DNA of 64,000 nt from Kudoa neothunni (taxonomy: Eukaryota > Animalia > Cnidaria), in the NCBI GenBank assembly GCA_964304625.1, contig OZ199838.1, positions 12,130,524 through 12,194,523 on the forward strand, in the 5' to 3' direction. A program made the position numbers and the translations under genes. Of the stretch, positions 13,000 through 25,764 are shown piece by piece (within the stretch, counting starts at the first letter, position 1; every line of letters begins with the position of its first letter). The notes under the pieces were generated by a model. That model did not search any database. It had not been told where the DNA came from and worked only from the letters and a program-made list of their open reading frames with translations.

Positions 13000-14417
13000 T
13001 TTTTTTAGTGCTTTGTAGATTTTATTTTCAATCTTGTTTTTGTTATGATATATTTGGTTATTATTTCGATAATTCATTGCTTGATGAAATATTGAATGCC
13101 TGTTGTCATTTTGTTACGAATGAGATTGTTTATAAATATTTCAATACAAATTTCTGTTTATGTAAGTAATTTTTTGGATATTTTTAAAATTTTTAAGAGT
13201 CAATTATGGGATTTAAAATAATCAAAATCGTTTAATCTACAAATAAACATTTTTTGAATGATAATTTTTAGTAAATGAATTCTATAACGTTTCGATCAGA
13301 AAAAACTTTTTCCTACGTCGATGCATAAAAAATTTTTTATTTTTACATAGGCATGAAAATAATTTGAGTTCTATAATTCATAAAATTGGGGATAGCCAGA
13401 ATAGGTTTTGTCAACAACCTGCTAATGTAGATTAATCCCGAGTATAACAAATATGGGACGCATAAACTCATTTCAGTTAAGAAAATGGACACTTTTAATG
13501 ATTCCCATTCTATCAGTTTATCGAACCCTGCAATACGATTTAAAAATTGACATGTTTGACGTAACATTCAATCTCAATAATGACCCATTATAACTATTTC
13601 GTAGTATGCGGTTGGTATATTTTCCAGTATTAAATCAATGACATACGAAATCTACGAGGTTGAATCCAAATATAAAGTTTACGGATATTCACAAGTTCGA
13701 AACGTAACTGATCGCATCGAATGTGGAAGTTATTTGAATATTTTTGGTGAATAGTTTTGGGACCTAACTTTTAGGAAGTGTATTTTCCTACGATACAATG
13801 AATGAATCACTCAGTGCAGTTAAAAAGTGCATTTCTTATGCTGCAGAAACTTTCTATTTACAAAAACTCACGGCGAAAGACTTTTATGTGCTATTCACTG
13901 CAACAAATGATTACAGAATAAGAATGTATGTATACTCTTTTGCATTCAATCTTGAGATTTAGATTAATGCTTCCTTACTCAATTTGACCATTTGCTTGCT
14001 GTAGATAACAAATTTAATATCTAAACTACTGTAAAATGAAAAGTGAAGTTTTCTTAATTTTAAGTAATTATGTCTCACATGCAAAATTAAGGAAGAATAA
14101 AGAAATTCAATTTGAAAGAATCTGTTTGTTATAATAATATATTAATGAATTCAATAATTTTTAACTTATAAATCTATTTTATCTGTAGTTCTTTATATTT
14201 TTAAGGTTGTTTTTCTATTTCAAAATTATATGTATATTTAATGGGTTTTTTATTCAGTTTGACTATACTCAATATACAAAATTATAACACTATATACTGA
14301 TTTTTAATTAAATATTTTGATTAGTTAACATATCAGAGATTTTCTAAACTAAATACATATCTTGCATTTCAACTAATGTACACAAGGGAGAAAATAGGAT
14401 TCAAGGTATTAAGTATA

Positions 14418-15903
14418 ATGGAAAAAGAAAAAAAAACGGCGCAAATTTTTAATCGTAGAAGCGAGGATTTGGATGGTTAGTGATAATTCATACACTGAAA
14501 TTTTTATAGAAAAGATCCCGCTACACATCAGATTTTGAAAATGATAGAAACAGAATTATCAATTTATAAGAAACTTCGTAAGAATGGCCTCACTGCGATG
14601 GGCATCGTTGCATCAGCGCATGTGAATTACATTTATACCTCGTCTAACTACCATTCAGAAAAATTTGTAAAATGCTTTGGGTATTTTCTATTGCAGGCTA
14701 ATAATTGTAATATGTAGGAATTCACAGAAGTAGGAAATCTTATTATTATGGGTGATATTTTATCGTTGACCTACAAAACTACGACTCCTCCTAATGACAA
14801 CGACAAATCTATCACATATTTTGAAAATTTTGGAAATAAATACCCATTATTTTCACAATATTTCCATTGTCATGGTATTAGAGCTGTGCTAGATACCCTT
14901 ATTTTATATGAAATGAGTGTAAATATTTATTTGATTTTGATAACAAATATTCTGATTAATAGGAAAATGTGGAAAACAAAATAATAAAAATGTCTTGTTT
15001 TCCTTCCGGCTATAGAGAAATTTTTGATGAAAGAAAAGTTAGAAGATGTGTTAGCTCAATATCTTCTAGATCTATTATACGAAAACACGAATTGTTGGGT
15101 GATTTTAACCAAGATCAATGCGATAACGATCTGGATGCAGTGCTTCAACAACTATCTGTTACAAACACTGAAGGTTTCTACACATTAGCTAATGGACCAC
15201 TTCCTCCAATAGACACAAATAAATTTTTTTCTTACGCAAGTACGTGAATTTTATTAGTTGATATATATAATTTGGTTTGTTAAATGGTTTTTAAGGCGAC
15301 CTTGGAAGATTCAAATTGGATATATCAAAGGATTTCAATTTATTTTTATCCAATATTTCATTTTATTGTGATAACTTTGAATTAAATATTAATGTAAAAA
15401 TCAAGTGTTGACTATTTTCCTCAGTTATTTTTGTTATAGGCTGAATCCCAAAGGATTACTGGCATTGAATGTTTTTTTCTGAGGTATGTCTTGAAAATCC
15501 ATTCTATTCTAGACGATAAGGAAAACCATATAAACCTATCGTTTCCAGTATTATATTTTATTTTAATCTCGTAAAATATTATGTATTTTAACGTTTAATT
15601 CTATTTAGAAATTTAAATCGGTATTGGAAGGAAAAATGTTACATGATAGTTTATACTTTTCTATGAAACCGATAAATTTTAAAAGTATTCAATTCGTTGA
15701 TTTTTCTACTTAAATTAAGTTTTCTTTGTTATAATTTTTTAGAATTGATATTATACTTCATTTTTTGTTTGATCCTACCTCTGCTTATGTATGGTGGCTT
15801 AGTGGTGATGTTTACAGTTAAACTGACTTTGAATAATTTCGACGCATATAAAGTACGAAATTTTAGACAGAATTTTATTTTTAGAAACATCAGCAGTTTA
15901 TAA
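14418..15903 (+). CDS. orphan multi-exon gene or recent pseudogene, possibly with C-terminal TM helix
   Basis: The ORF pieces at 14535, 14748 and 14969 are joined in phase by short GT-AG introns (e.g. 14622-14717). A hydrophobic segment ILYFIFCLILPLLMYGGLVVMF lies near 15745-15815. The exon1/exon2 join is one base short (A4 run at 14510). No family recognised. Confidence 0.5.
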
Positions 15904-18900
15904 ATTTTTCTAAATTAAATTTTTTTCATTGGCATCGGGAGAAATTGTTATTCCTTCGGTTATATACGAGTCGGATTGATGTTATAATGGTGCATTTTAT
16001 CCTTTGTCCAAGGCTTATATCGCTTGTGTTTCTTTGATGACCTTATATTTCTAAAAATTTCAAATTTCATAAAAACCCCTACACTTAAGCTTGTTAGCGC
16101 TGAGATAAACAAAAAACAAGGTTTATTTAGCATTTATACATTTTTTATAGTCTTACATCGAATAAATGTAGTTTTTTCCCGGAAATCTTTAAAAATATAG
16201 TTAACTCTTGATATTGCGTAATTCGGCATATTTTTTGATATTTTTGTCTTACTGAGGAAAGAAATAATAATGTATGATGTCGAAAGCCTATTTTTTATGA
16301 TTTTATATATGAATTGAAAAAATTAATGTACTTGCTATTTCGTAACTTTTTTGGACCAAGAAAAGTTACCCAATATGGAGAGTTCACTGTAAACAACATA
16401 TAGTTTGAGAAATGTTGTAAATTTGTAAAAAAATTTAGGTTAATATGATGAAAATATATATGTATTTGTTGCAAGTTCAATTACATAATTTTATTGTAAT
16501 TGATATATCAATACATATCAATTGAATAGAAAAATAACTTTTTTAAAAAAGTGATAGACATCTTTAATTAATAATCATTTGTCGTTTAATTTAGGGAGAA
16601 AAAACATTAAAAAAATTTACACACCAAAATATAGCTAATAGTCTTAAACAATGTTTAGTTTTAAAAGTTGTAAAATGTTGGTAGGATACTTTACATTCTT
16701 GTGAATATCGAAAAACATTTCTCTAATGAATAATGATAAACATTAAAAATTGAAGTCTTTCTCAAGTTAAAATTTTCAAACTTATGTCACTAAATTAAAT
16801 GATACCATTTAAAATATTTCAAAAAATAGTTATTAATTACATTTTTTAACAATAATATTTAAGTTTTATTGAACATGCGCACACAGAGGTGGATATTGCT
16901 CACAGAATATGTATTGTGTACCTTATTGCCACTCCTTCGAAAATGCGCGATAATCATTATTGATTGTATACGTTTATTGGAAACAAGTTTATAAACATTG
17001 TTGATTCTACAAATTATGTATTTTTTTGATTTTATTCTCTTAAGTTAAAGCAGAATCCAAACTAAACATGTTTCACAATTCAACTCTTTAAAATAAAATT
17101 TTAAAGTTGTTTTCTCATCGATACTAAATAATGAGCTAAAAAATTAATATCTAGCGTGAAAACGTTGAGCAAACAGTATTTTTATATTACGCCAATTAAT
17201 CAATTTAATAATAAATAATCAAATACATCTGATCCTACAAAATAAACTCTAAACCTAAATTATGAATAGGAGTTTCTGGGCTTAAAAATGAATACCTCGA
17301 TGGCGTCGATGCCATTTAGGATTAAAACTACTCGACTCGTTACAATAATTACTGTCTTAATTATAATGATTAAAAAATTCCATTATATTTTAATTTTTTT
17401 GACAGAATAAATCCAAAATCTGAATTCACTTCAATAGCAGACGATAGAATAAAAGACTAACGATGAGGTGGTGAAATTTTTTATGCGCTAGAGTACATAG
17501 GATAATTCAGAGTAAAAATTTCAACAAAAGCTACAAATTAAATACGTTATTGTTAAATTTGCATGTCTCAAAGACGATGCTTGCACTAAGAATATTATTC
17601 AAGATTATTTCATGTTGAAGTGAGTGTGCCCATTCCATATGCCCCCAACGTTCAATCTATGTAACAAAATAATCCCCTAAAACTAGCTAAATAGGCATTA
17701 CTTGAAACAACTGTTCTAGAAAACATATTTCTAAAAGATTTTCAGGAGTTTTTATAAGATCGTTCTTTTCTAGAAATGCAAGTGGAGCTATAACTGAATT
17801 GCAATTCTGCACAAGATTTTTAAGCGCTATTAGAGAAAATTATTCATAAAATAAAAATATTATTTTAAACATACCAATCAACTGCCAATCACTAAAATTT
17901 GCCTTTAAATGACTAAACAAGGTTGCTGGGGAGCCGGATTCGTCGTTTTTGTTAATATATGTAGGAATTATTCCAATAATCGGTTTGATATTCATGTCAA
18001 ATCTGAAAACAAATCAAATTCGGCTCGTTTCAAATAATTGAGTATTACCTTTTATTAAACCAATCAACTATCGGAGTCCACTTTTCATGCTGTAATTCGC
18101 CAAATTCATATGATTTTTTTTCATGAAAACTAGAACTACGTAAAAATGTATTTTAAGGAAACATGTACAGTAGAGTATCAGTTCTGAGGTAATTTGTTAA
18201 ATGGTTGATTGTTTCATCCCGGTTGCATTTGATAGGTTTATCAACACACTCATTCGAAAGAATTGTCTTCCAAGATGTTTAAATTTCACAACAAAAAAAT
18301 CATCTACCAAGTTCATAGTAGAAAATTCAATATTTTTTGGCTGTCGCGACCACTCATCCGCGATAAAACAAGCCAAAATTACGTTAGGTAAAAGTAGTTG
18401 GTTATTATGAGGGGTTTTTAGAGGATGTTCATCAAGCATTACCTTCCACCAACTCCCTTAAAAATGGTATTAAACAACTGGTAGACACAACCAACAATAC
18501 CGTCATTGTAGACATTAGTTACTGTAACATCTTTATAGAATCGTCGAGCTAATTATAATGTTTGAGCATTATGTGACCATTTGAAAATTTACTCTTATTT
18601 TGCGTCCAGTAGTTCACTTTAAAGATGTGATATTTTTTAAAGTTATTCCTTGTAAATATATTTCTTAAAATCATCACAATATGTAACTAGGAGTTATAAT
18701 TGCAGAAAAGAAAATCGTTTTAAACGCTAAGGACGCGCGCACAATCATAATTTACGTTGGCAACAAATTTATACAGGTAAATAATATGTTCATAATACTG
18801 CTTATATTAACAAAAATAATTTATCACTTCTCCATGATCTCTCATGAGAAAAAATAAGTCACGGAGAATGCGGCACGATTTAATGTTTTGGAAGTGGCTA

Positions 18901-19151
18901 TTGGCTATTTATACGGATCATAATACAGTTAGATGGCGCCTCCTCGTCATATAGGTGCGCGCGTGTGGTGTTTTGCATAGAAAAATGCGAATATATAGTG
19001 CTTATAAATTTGAAAACCTATTCTATTCGACGTTCCAGTTGTATAATTTACAATTGTCCTTAAACTGAACAAATCGTAATAAGACGGATAATTATCGCGC
19101 ACAGCTTTGATTGAATACATTTTTTCATGTTGTTCCGTAGGTTGGGTGTTA

Positions 19152-20150
19152 TTATTTGGATAAGTCAGCTGAACTTTGCGTTTTCTTTAATTTTTCTATC
19201 AAATGATCGAGCCCAATGTGTGATTGATCAAAGCGGTCGAAAAAATGTCGATTGAAGCTTTCACAACTATTCGTTGTAAGCAGATTATTTAAAAAATATT
19301 CCAATTTTTTCACTGTTGAAATTGTTTGAATATTTTTTAAATTTTTCATATTCTTTTGGAACGAAATTAGGAAGTACAAATGATAAGGACGTAACCATTT
19401 TGAATAGACATCGACGCTCAATGTTTTGTTGTGTGTCATGTAACAAACCAATTTTCTGAATTTTCCTCCAAACTGCTTACCAAAAATGGAAGGTACAAAA
19501 TTGTACATTAATTTTTTTGATGCTTTTTCAAAATTAATTATTAAATTATCAAGTAATTTAATACGTAGTAATTCTTTTCATTATGTTTATCATAAGATTA
19601 TAATCCTCCTCAGTTTTTCCAGGCATTAAAATAAATACTAATGGAAATACCCTGTTAAAAATTACACCATGGATAACATAAAGTTGATAGAACCCTTTGG
19701 GTACCGTATCATCTTAAACCTTCCATCGGAGAGCCAAACATTTGAGTTGTTTAGGTGACTCATATTTTCCTCCGTAGAAAATATTATCATTCTTTTTGTG
19801 TAAAGGGACTCATTATCGTAATAACACAATTTTTTCCCTCTTAATGTGAATATTCCATTGTTTGACAAGTTGGTCTCAATTACAACCGAGATGCTCATCC
19901 TTTTTCTCGTGCTTTGGATCAGTTTATAGACCGTTTCTTTAGCAACATTCCCTATTTCTTTACTTAATAACACTTTTTTATGCGATTTCGATTTACATCT
20001 GGCAACAAAAAAGTTTACAACTTACCGCGACATTTTCTCGTCTGACACCTCCAAAATTGTGTATCATCATTTGATGATGTCGTGACGTAAAAATTTTGCT
20101 TATAAGATATTTTGTAGTTACCTCGTGTAGTTTTCAAAGTATAAACTCCA
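19152..20150 (-). mobile_element. Mutator/MULE (FLYWCH-associated) transposase pseudogene
   Basis: FWRC near 20050, IIFSTEENMSHLNNSNVWLSDGRFK (MULE D-G-T-F-K motif) and LTTNSCESFNRHF (RTNN.CE.FN). Frames are broken. Confidence 0.8.
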
Positions 20151-20962
20151 CCACTATATCATAGATTACTAATTGCGCATGTGACGTTTCGTGGAGTTAC
20201 AACCAAAAATAATACTTAAAAAATATTAAAACTGTTTATAAAAATGCAATTAAATACAATGAAGACCGAAATTTTACAAAAATACTTTAAAAAAACAAAT
20301 GAAACAACACATATTCCGCGCGTGCATGTCACTGTGACTTAACTATTATCGTTGGCTAAATCTCGTCAAACCTAATACAGTCAATGACGAGTGGATCGTA
20401 ACTTTCGAAAATATGTAAAAATTATAAATAAGACAATTGAATTATTAAATCGTAATTCAAAATTCACATTGGAGTAAACATCTTAATTGGAAAAACCATT
20501 AGCTCTCTAATTATTATGTTTTTTCCCCTCCATATCATTATCAGAACCGGTGGTACCTTCCTACGCAAGCGCATCCTTTCCTTGCCTAAAAGTGAGAAAT
20601 CGCCCGATAGATTGTATTTAATGGCATTTTTTAGGTTTCAAACATTAGTTCTATGACTACTGTAGTTTTTAAAATTTTTTCCTGGTTACTTGCCAAAAAT
20701 AAAGACACCTAAATCCTAAAATACTAAAATTATCAATGATAAATTACCGAGTTTATGAATTAAAGCAGGTTTTTGGAATATAATAATGACTTAAGAGTAG
20801 TTTAAATTCAAAATCAACATATTCTAATTTAGGTTTATACAAATACTAATTAAAAATTTAATGAAATGAAATCACATGTGACTAAGTTTTATGCACGTTT
20901 CGATGTAATTACATCATTTCAGTTTTGGATTAATAATTTCTCCCAAATTAAAATTGATATTA

Positions 20963-20980
20963 TTATATATATATATATAT
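20963..20980. repeat. (TA)n microsatellite
   Basis: Short perfect TA run. Confidence 0.6.
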
Positions 20981-21601
20981 CAGTTAGTAATAACGCAGTA
21001 GAAATAATATTATGAGTATTTAAATGTTTACATTACCAAGAAATATAACTAATTATTCAATCAATTAAACGTTCAAATTTCGTGACGAATGCTACATAAA
21101 TTATGGAATTATTAAAAAAATTCATCATGTTTCATATGGATATATTTAAGTAAGCATATCAATTCAAATACAAGAAATACGTCCTAATTGAAACATAACT
21201 GGTAAAGTCACGTGATTTTTATAAGAAAGAGTGAAGATCTGATAATATTTTTTGCCATTATTATAAATAAGTATGCTGCAAAAGCTTTCAACTAATTTTC
21301 CTCACTAGATCATCGACTTCGCAATGTAAACCATAGTGAGTGTTATGTTACAAAGGGCGGACGCTCACTAACACGATTGAATTTAATTGGCATTAGTTTA
21401 GACTTACATTACTTTGAAATGAAACAAAGAAGTCCTTTTTCTCAATGATTTCACGTCGATAATTATTAAATTCAGACTTAGTTTCTTCAAATGATATATT
21501 TTCTTACGAAAATATCTTAAAACAAGGAGGATCCATTATTGGAGGCGCCTAAGCAATTGTTATGGTTAGAACTTTAAACCAAATTGTTAAAATATATTTT
21601 A

Positions 21602-21718
21602 TGTAACGCGGCAGCGACAAGCTATAGAAAACACGGTTCAACAAAACTAACCACGCCACCGACGACGAACCTCGACCATAACATAAAGGTGATGATTAAT
21701 TATATTAGGTTCACTACA
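21602..21718 (-). repeat. 3' LTR (117 bp)
   Basis: Identical by eye to 25648-25764; TGTA...TACA termini. Confidence 0.95.
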
Positions 21719-21720
21719 TT

Positions 21721-21732
21721 ACTCCCCCTTTT
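21721..21732 (-). other. polypurine tract
   Basis: AAAAGGGGGAGT on the element strand, 2 nt before the 3' LTR. Confidence 0.85.
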
Positions 21733-21743
21733 AGAATAATGGA

Positions 21744-24700
21744 TTATACTTCGAAATCATCAAGGTATAGCGGCCTTTTCTTGTTTCTCGTAGGTCTATT
21801 GTTTTGTTTAGTGTTCGGATTGGTATTTGACTCATCGATGGTATATGTTGGCAAGACGTCATTTTCATGGACGGACTGAATTTTATTGGTGTGGTTTTCA
21901 ACAAAACAAACAGGGCCTTTTGCCTTTATTACCTTATATGGTCCTTCATATTTTGGGGCAAGTGAAGTGATTTTCCTATTCTTTATGTAGACATGACTTC
22001 CTATTTTCTGTTTTCCATTGACATTTTTGCGGTTGTAGTAATAAGACTGTTTCGTTTGTGCCTCTTCTATATTCTCTTTTGCTTTGTTTAATGCGCTTCT
22101 CATTGCATTCGAGAGTTTCTCAGCGTAAACATGAGGGTTTGTAACAGCATTGTTTAGATTGTAGGATATTGTACTAGTAGGTGTAACTAATTCTCTACCA
22201 TACATTAAATACGCGGGGCTATAACCCGTAGTTGCTGACGGCGTTATTCTAGTAGCCAGAAGGGCTTTATCTAAACTTTGGTCCCATTCTGCGTTGTTTT
22301 CCAGAATGAGAGCTTTAAGTTTAGTTTTTATGTTACGTACTTGACGCTCTGCCATGCCATTTCCTTCCGGGTGATAGGCCGTCGACCGCGACTTTTGAAC
22401 ACCAAAAAGTCTACAGACATCACCGAATAATACTGATTCAAACTGAACTCCTTGATCCGAATGTAGATATTTCGGGCAACCGTGGCGCGATATTATCAAT
22501 TCAAAGAAAGCATCCGCGGTTTCTTTAGCTGTGATTGTTGATAAGGCTTTTGCTTCCACCCATTTAGTAAATTGATCTATAAATAGAATTACAAACCTAT
22601 TACCGTTTGATGTAGTTTCCATTGGTCCCATAAAATCTACGTGCCATCTTACACAAGGACCTAGCACGGGGATCGGCATTAGTGGTGCTTTTACTTTATG
22701 AGTATTTCCTTTCACTTTCAGGCATATATCACACTTTTTTATCATAGATGTAACATCGTCTTCTAGCGTTGGCCAATAAAAATTTCTCCGTAATACTTGT
22801 ACTGTCTTCGTTATTCCTGAGTGTGCACATTCCTCATGTACTTTTTTAACGATCATTCTTCTCATTCGCCATGGAACAACAGGTAATTTACCAAAACGTG
22901 AGGCGTGACAAAGTAATCCATCCACCATTTCCAATTTGTCTCTTCTATCATACAATTTCTTCAGTTCAGAGTTTCCAGATAATTTTGTCGATTCCGTCGG
23001 ATTCCTCTTGGCATTTTTAGCGACTTGTATGCATTTATCCTCGTTTTGTGCTGTCCTTAATTGATCGTAGGTAGCATATGTTCCCATACTGAGCACGCTT
23101 CTGGACAGGGCATCCGCAATGTTGTTTTGACATCCAGGTTTATACATAATTTCATAACAATAGTCTTCCATTTCCATCAACCAACGAGCGCGTCTCCCTC
23201 TTGGATCTTTCATGCTCCTCAAATAGACCAGGGGATTGTGATCTGTCAATATGAAGAATTTTTTCCCAATCAAGTAATGTCGAAATTTTCGTACAGCGTT
23301 TACGATCGCCAATGCCTCTCTGTCTGTCACACTATAGTTCTTTTGGCTGCAATTAACTTTTTACTTGTATAGGCAATGACATCTTTTCTCTCCGGGCTCT
23401 GATAAAGCACTGCTCCAACAGCTGTATTTGATGCATCACATTCAAGATAGAATGGAATGTCCGGATTCGGATATGCTAAAGTAGGTGACTCCTTTACAGC
23501 CTCCTTCAATATGCGGAACATTTTCCTTTCGTCGTCATCCCATTTGAATGGTACCTTCGATGACATCATATCCGTAAAATGTGATGAGAGCTTAGCCAAT
23601 CCTTTAATGTGTCTATGCATAAAGTTTAAAGCGCCAAGAAAAGCTTGCAAGTCATCTTTGGATTTTGGTTCTTTCCAGTCCAATATACTTTTTACTCTAT
23701 CAGGGTCATTCCGAATACCATCCTTGGAGATAATGAATCCCAAATAAGCCAGCTCGTTTTTGCAGAATTTGGATTTTTCGTTGTTAATTTTCAAATTTGC
23801 CGTGTCCAGCCTCTCCAATACTATATCAACGTGGTCCATATGTTCAGATTTTGACTTTGAGAATATCACAATATCGTCAAGGTATGCTATAGCAAAGGGC
23901 AAATCGCTAAGTAGTCTGTCCATTATTCTTTGGAATGTGGCTGGACCATTACACAATCCGAAGGGCATTTTGAGAAATTCGTAAAGTCCACGACCATGAC
24001 TAAATGCAGTTTTTTCAACATCCTCCGGTGCCATCGGTATTTGCCAATAGCCGGATTGCAAGTCCAGAGTTGAGAAAAAATTTGCACCCCCAAGTGAATC
24101 CAATACTTCTTCAAGAATTGGCAGTGGATATTCATCTTTTACGGTCACATCGTTCAATTTCCTGTAATCGACGCACAGACGTAGATCACCGCTCTTCTTC
24201 TCCACTATCACAACTGGAGATGACCAAGCACTTTTTGATCGTTGTATCACTCCCAACGATAGCATCCTGTCTATTTCTTTGTCTACCGCATCCCTGTAGT
24301 GTATGGGAACTCTATAGGGTCTAGATGAAATTGGTTCGTGACCGTCGGTTACAATCCTATGGATGGCGTATTCTCCGACTGAGCAATCACCAGCTCTTTC
24401 CACAGACCGAACCATATTAACACCTTTGATATCTCGGGATTTTACCAGTGACTGTAATGGATATTTTATTGTATTGACCGACTGGCTCCTTGGCGGGATA
24501 TTGTTCAAATGACCATCAGATAATTTCGTATCAATAATGATATTACAATGTTCGAACAAAAAATCTCTCCCAATAATAGCATCGTATATCAGATTGTTAA
24601 CAATAAATGCTTTGCAATCTACCCAAACTCTACCAATATGCACTTGAATTGTGATAAAATGCGATATTTCAATCTTGTCGCCACGCGCAGAGAAAAGACA

Positions 24701-24943
24701 CATATAAGGACACTCCACTACATTCATACTATTATTGATAAGTTTTCCATTAATGAGGGTATGCGACGATCCTGTATCCACCAAGCCACTAAATGAATTT
24801 TCGGATCCTGGGCAAGCACAAGACACAATTAATCCCTGGGGCGTGCCTTCGTTTCGAATATTAGTAGTCATGGCAATACTCTCTAATTTCGGTGAATTCG
24901 GGAGCGAGGCTCGAGAGTAGGCCTGCCCCCTTTTTCGTTTCCC
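21744..24943 (-). CDS. pol: pol polyprotein (protease, RT, RNase H, integrase), expressed by -1 frameshift; one apparent 1-nt deletion at about 23343
   Basis: LVDTGS protease; RLCVDYRKLN, LDLQSGYWQI, MPFGLCNGPATFQ and YLDD in RT; CDAS...TDHNPL RNase H; H..AH...C..C, VDFMGP, SDQG, NGMAER and YEGPY in integrase. Restoring one base gives KKLIAA(Q/K)KNYSVTDREALA. Confidence 0.93.
24877..24943 (-). promoter_or_regulatory. -1 programmed ribosomal frameshift signal (slippery heptamer plus pseudoknot)
   Basis: In-frame G GGA AAC (24943-24937), 6-nt spacer, stem 1 GGGGGCAGGC / GCCT(C)GCTCCC, and loop TACTCTC pairing with downstream GAGAGTA. The -1 frame runs open into MTTNIR of pol. Confidence 0.85.
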
Positions 24944-25622
24944 GACCGACTATAGCATTTTTTTGCCATGTGCCCAACCTTTTGGCATATGTTACAGCGT
25001 ATGAGGCCCTTACATTCGTGGCCAAAATGGTATCTACTACCACATTTATAACATTCCTGTTTGTTGGGTGGTCGAGTAGGATAAATTGGTTGTTTCACAG
25101 CATTTATGTATGGGGTCGTATCGGTTGCGTCTGTCGGATTTGCGTCAAGATACGCTTGGGCTTTCTCCACGAGTACCGCCATGTTTCCGGTGGATTCACT
25201 GTTCAATATGGGTTGGTACATTTTTGGCACTGTCTCAACAATTTTTGGTTTCAGGAAGAATATTATATCTTCCGCCGTCGCATTCGGTCTAGCCGCTTTT
25301 AGGCGAAGCAAAATTCGATTGGCAAATTCTTGGATTCTCTCTCCTGACTTTATTTTGTCGTTCAAGAAAATCGTCCACTGGTTTGTATACTTGTGACACT
25401 TGCATAATATCCCTTTATCCTCCTCGTCAACGCTTCTACGGGACCCAATTCGAGTTTCTCTTGATCGGACGGCTTTAACATTGGACGTTGGTGGATAGGT
25501 ATTGCTAGTAGCAGGAACGCGTAATGTTGTTCCGTCGTGTGGTTTTTTATGAGGGATCTTGCCTCCAATTCCTCAAGTTGCACGTCGATCGGCATATCAA
25601 AATTAATTTCCTTGATTTTCAT
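24883..25622 (-). CDS. gag: gag; apparent 1-nt deletion at about 25382
   Basis: Zinc knuckles CYKCGSRYHFGHEC and CNICQKVGHMAKKC. The two ORF-track pieces join if one A is added (ATA CAA A[A]C CAG TGG). Confidence 0.85.
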
Positions 25623-25635
25623 TTTCACTTGGACC

Positions 25636-25645
25636 TCTGACACCA
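25636..25645 (-). other. primer-binding site (tRNA-Leu-type TGGTGTCAGA)
   Basis: TGGTGTCAGA lies 2 nt after the 5' LTR and is complementary to the 3' end of a ...TCTGACACCA tRNA. Confidence 0.75.
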
Positions 25646-25647
25646 AA

Positions 25648-25764
25648 TGTAACGCGGCAGCGACAAGCTATAGAAAACACGGTTCAACAAAACTAACCAC
25701 GCCACCGACGACGAACCTCGACCATAACATAAAGGTGATGATTAATTATATTAGGTTCACTACA
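25648..25764 (-). repeat. 5' LTR (117 bp)
   Basis: Identical by eye to 21602-21718. Confidence 0.95.

Larger units (their letters stand above)
21602..25764 (-). mobile_element. full-length Ty3/gypsy LTR retrotransposon (4163 bp)
   Basis: Two identical 117-bp TG...CA LTRs, 5-bp TSD TTTTA (21597-21601 and 25765-25769), PBS, PPT, gag with two CCHC knuckles, and pol in PR-RT-RH-IN order. Confidence 0.97.

Noticed and set aside
13343-13900. 74-aa minus-strand ORF and neighbouring coding-like sequence
   Set aside because: No recognisable motif or consistent splice structure.
17561-17574. GCATGTCTCAAAGA resembling the 18S rRNA 5' region
   Set aside because: Only about 12 matching bases and no flanking rRNA similarity.
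18197-18600. possible hAT transposase scraps (also 26200-26640)
   Set aside because: Motif similarity is too weak to call without a search.
23357-23363. T AAA AAG as a second programmed -1 frameshift between RT and RNase H
   Set aside because: Shifting there gives KKVNCSQKNY, a worse fit to the KL..A(Q/E).NY consensus than a single missing base a few codons later. No stimulatory structure was seen.
24892-25302. 136-aa plus-strand ORF (and similar short ORFs at 23061, 23457, 24004)
   Set aside because: These are antisense shadows of gag/pol with no independent motifs.
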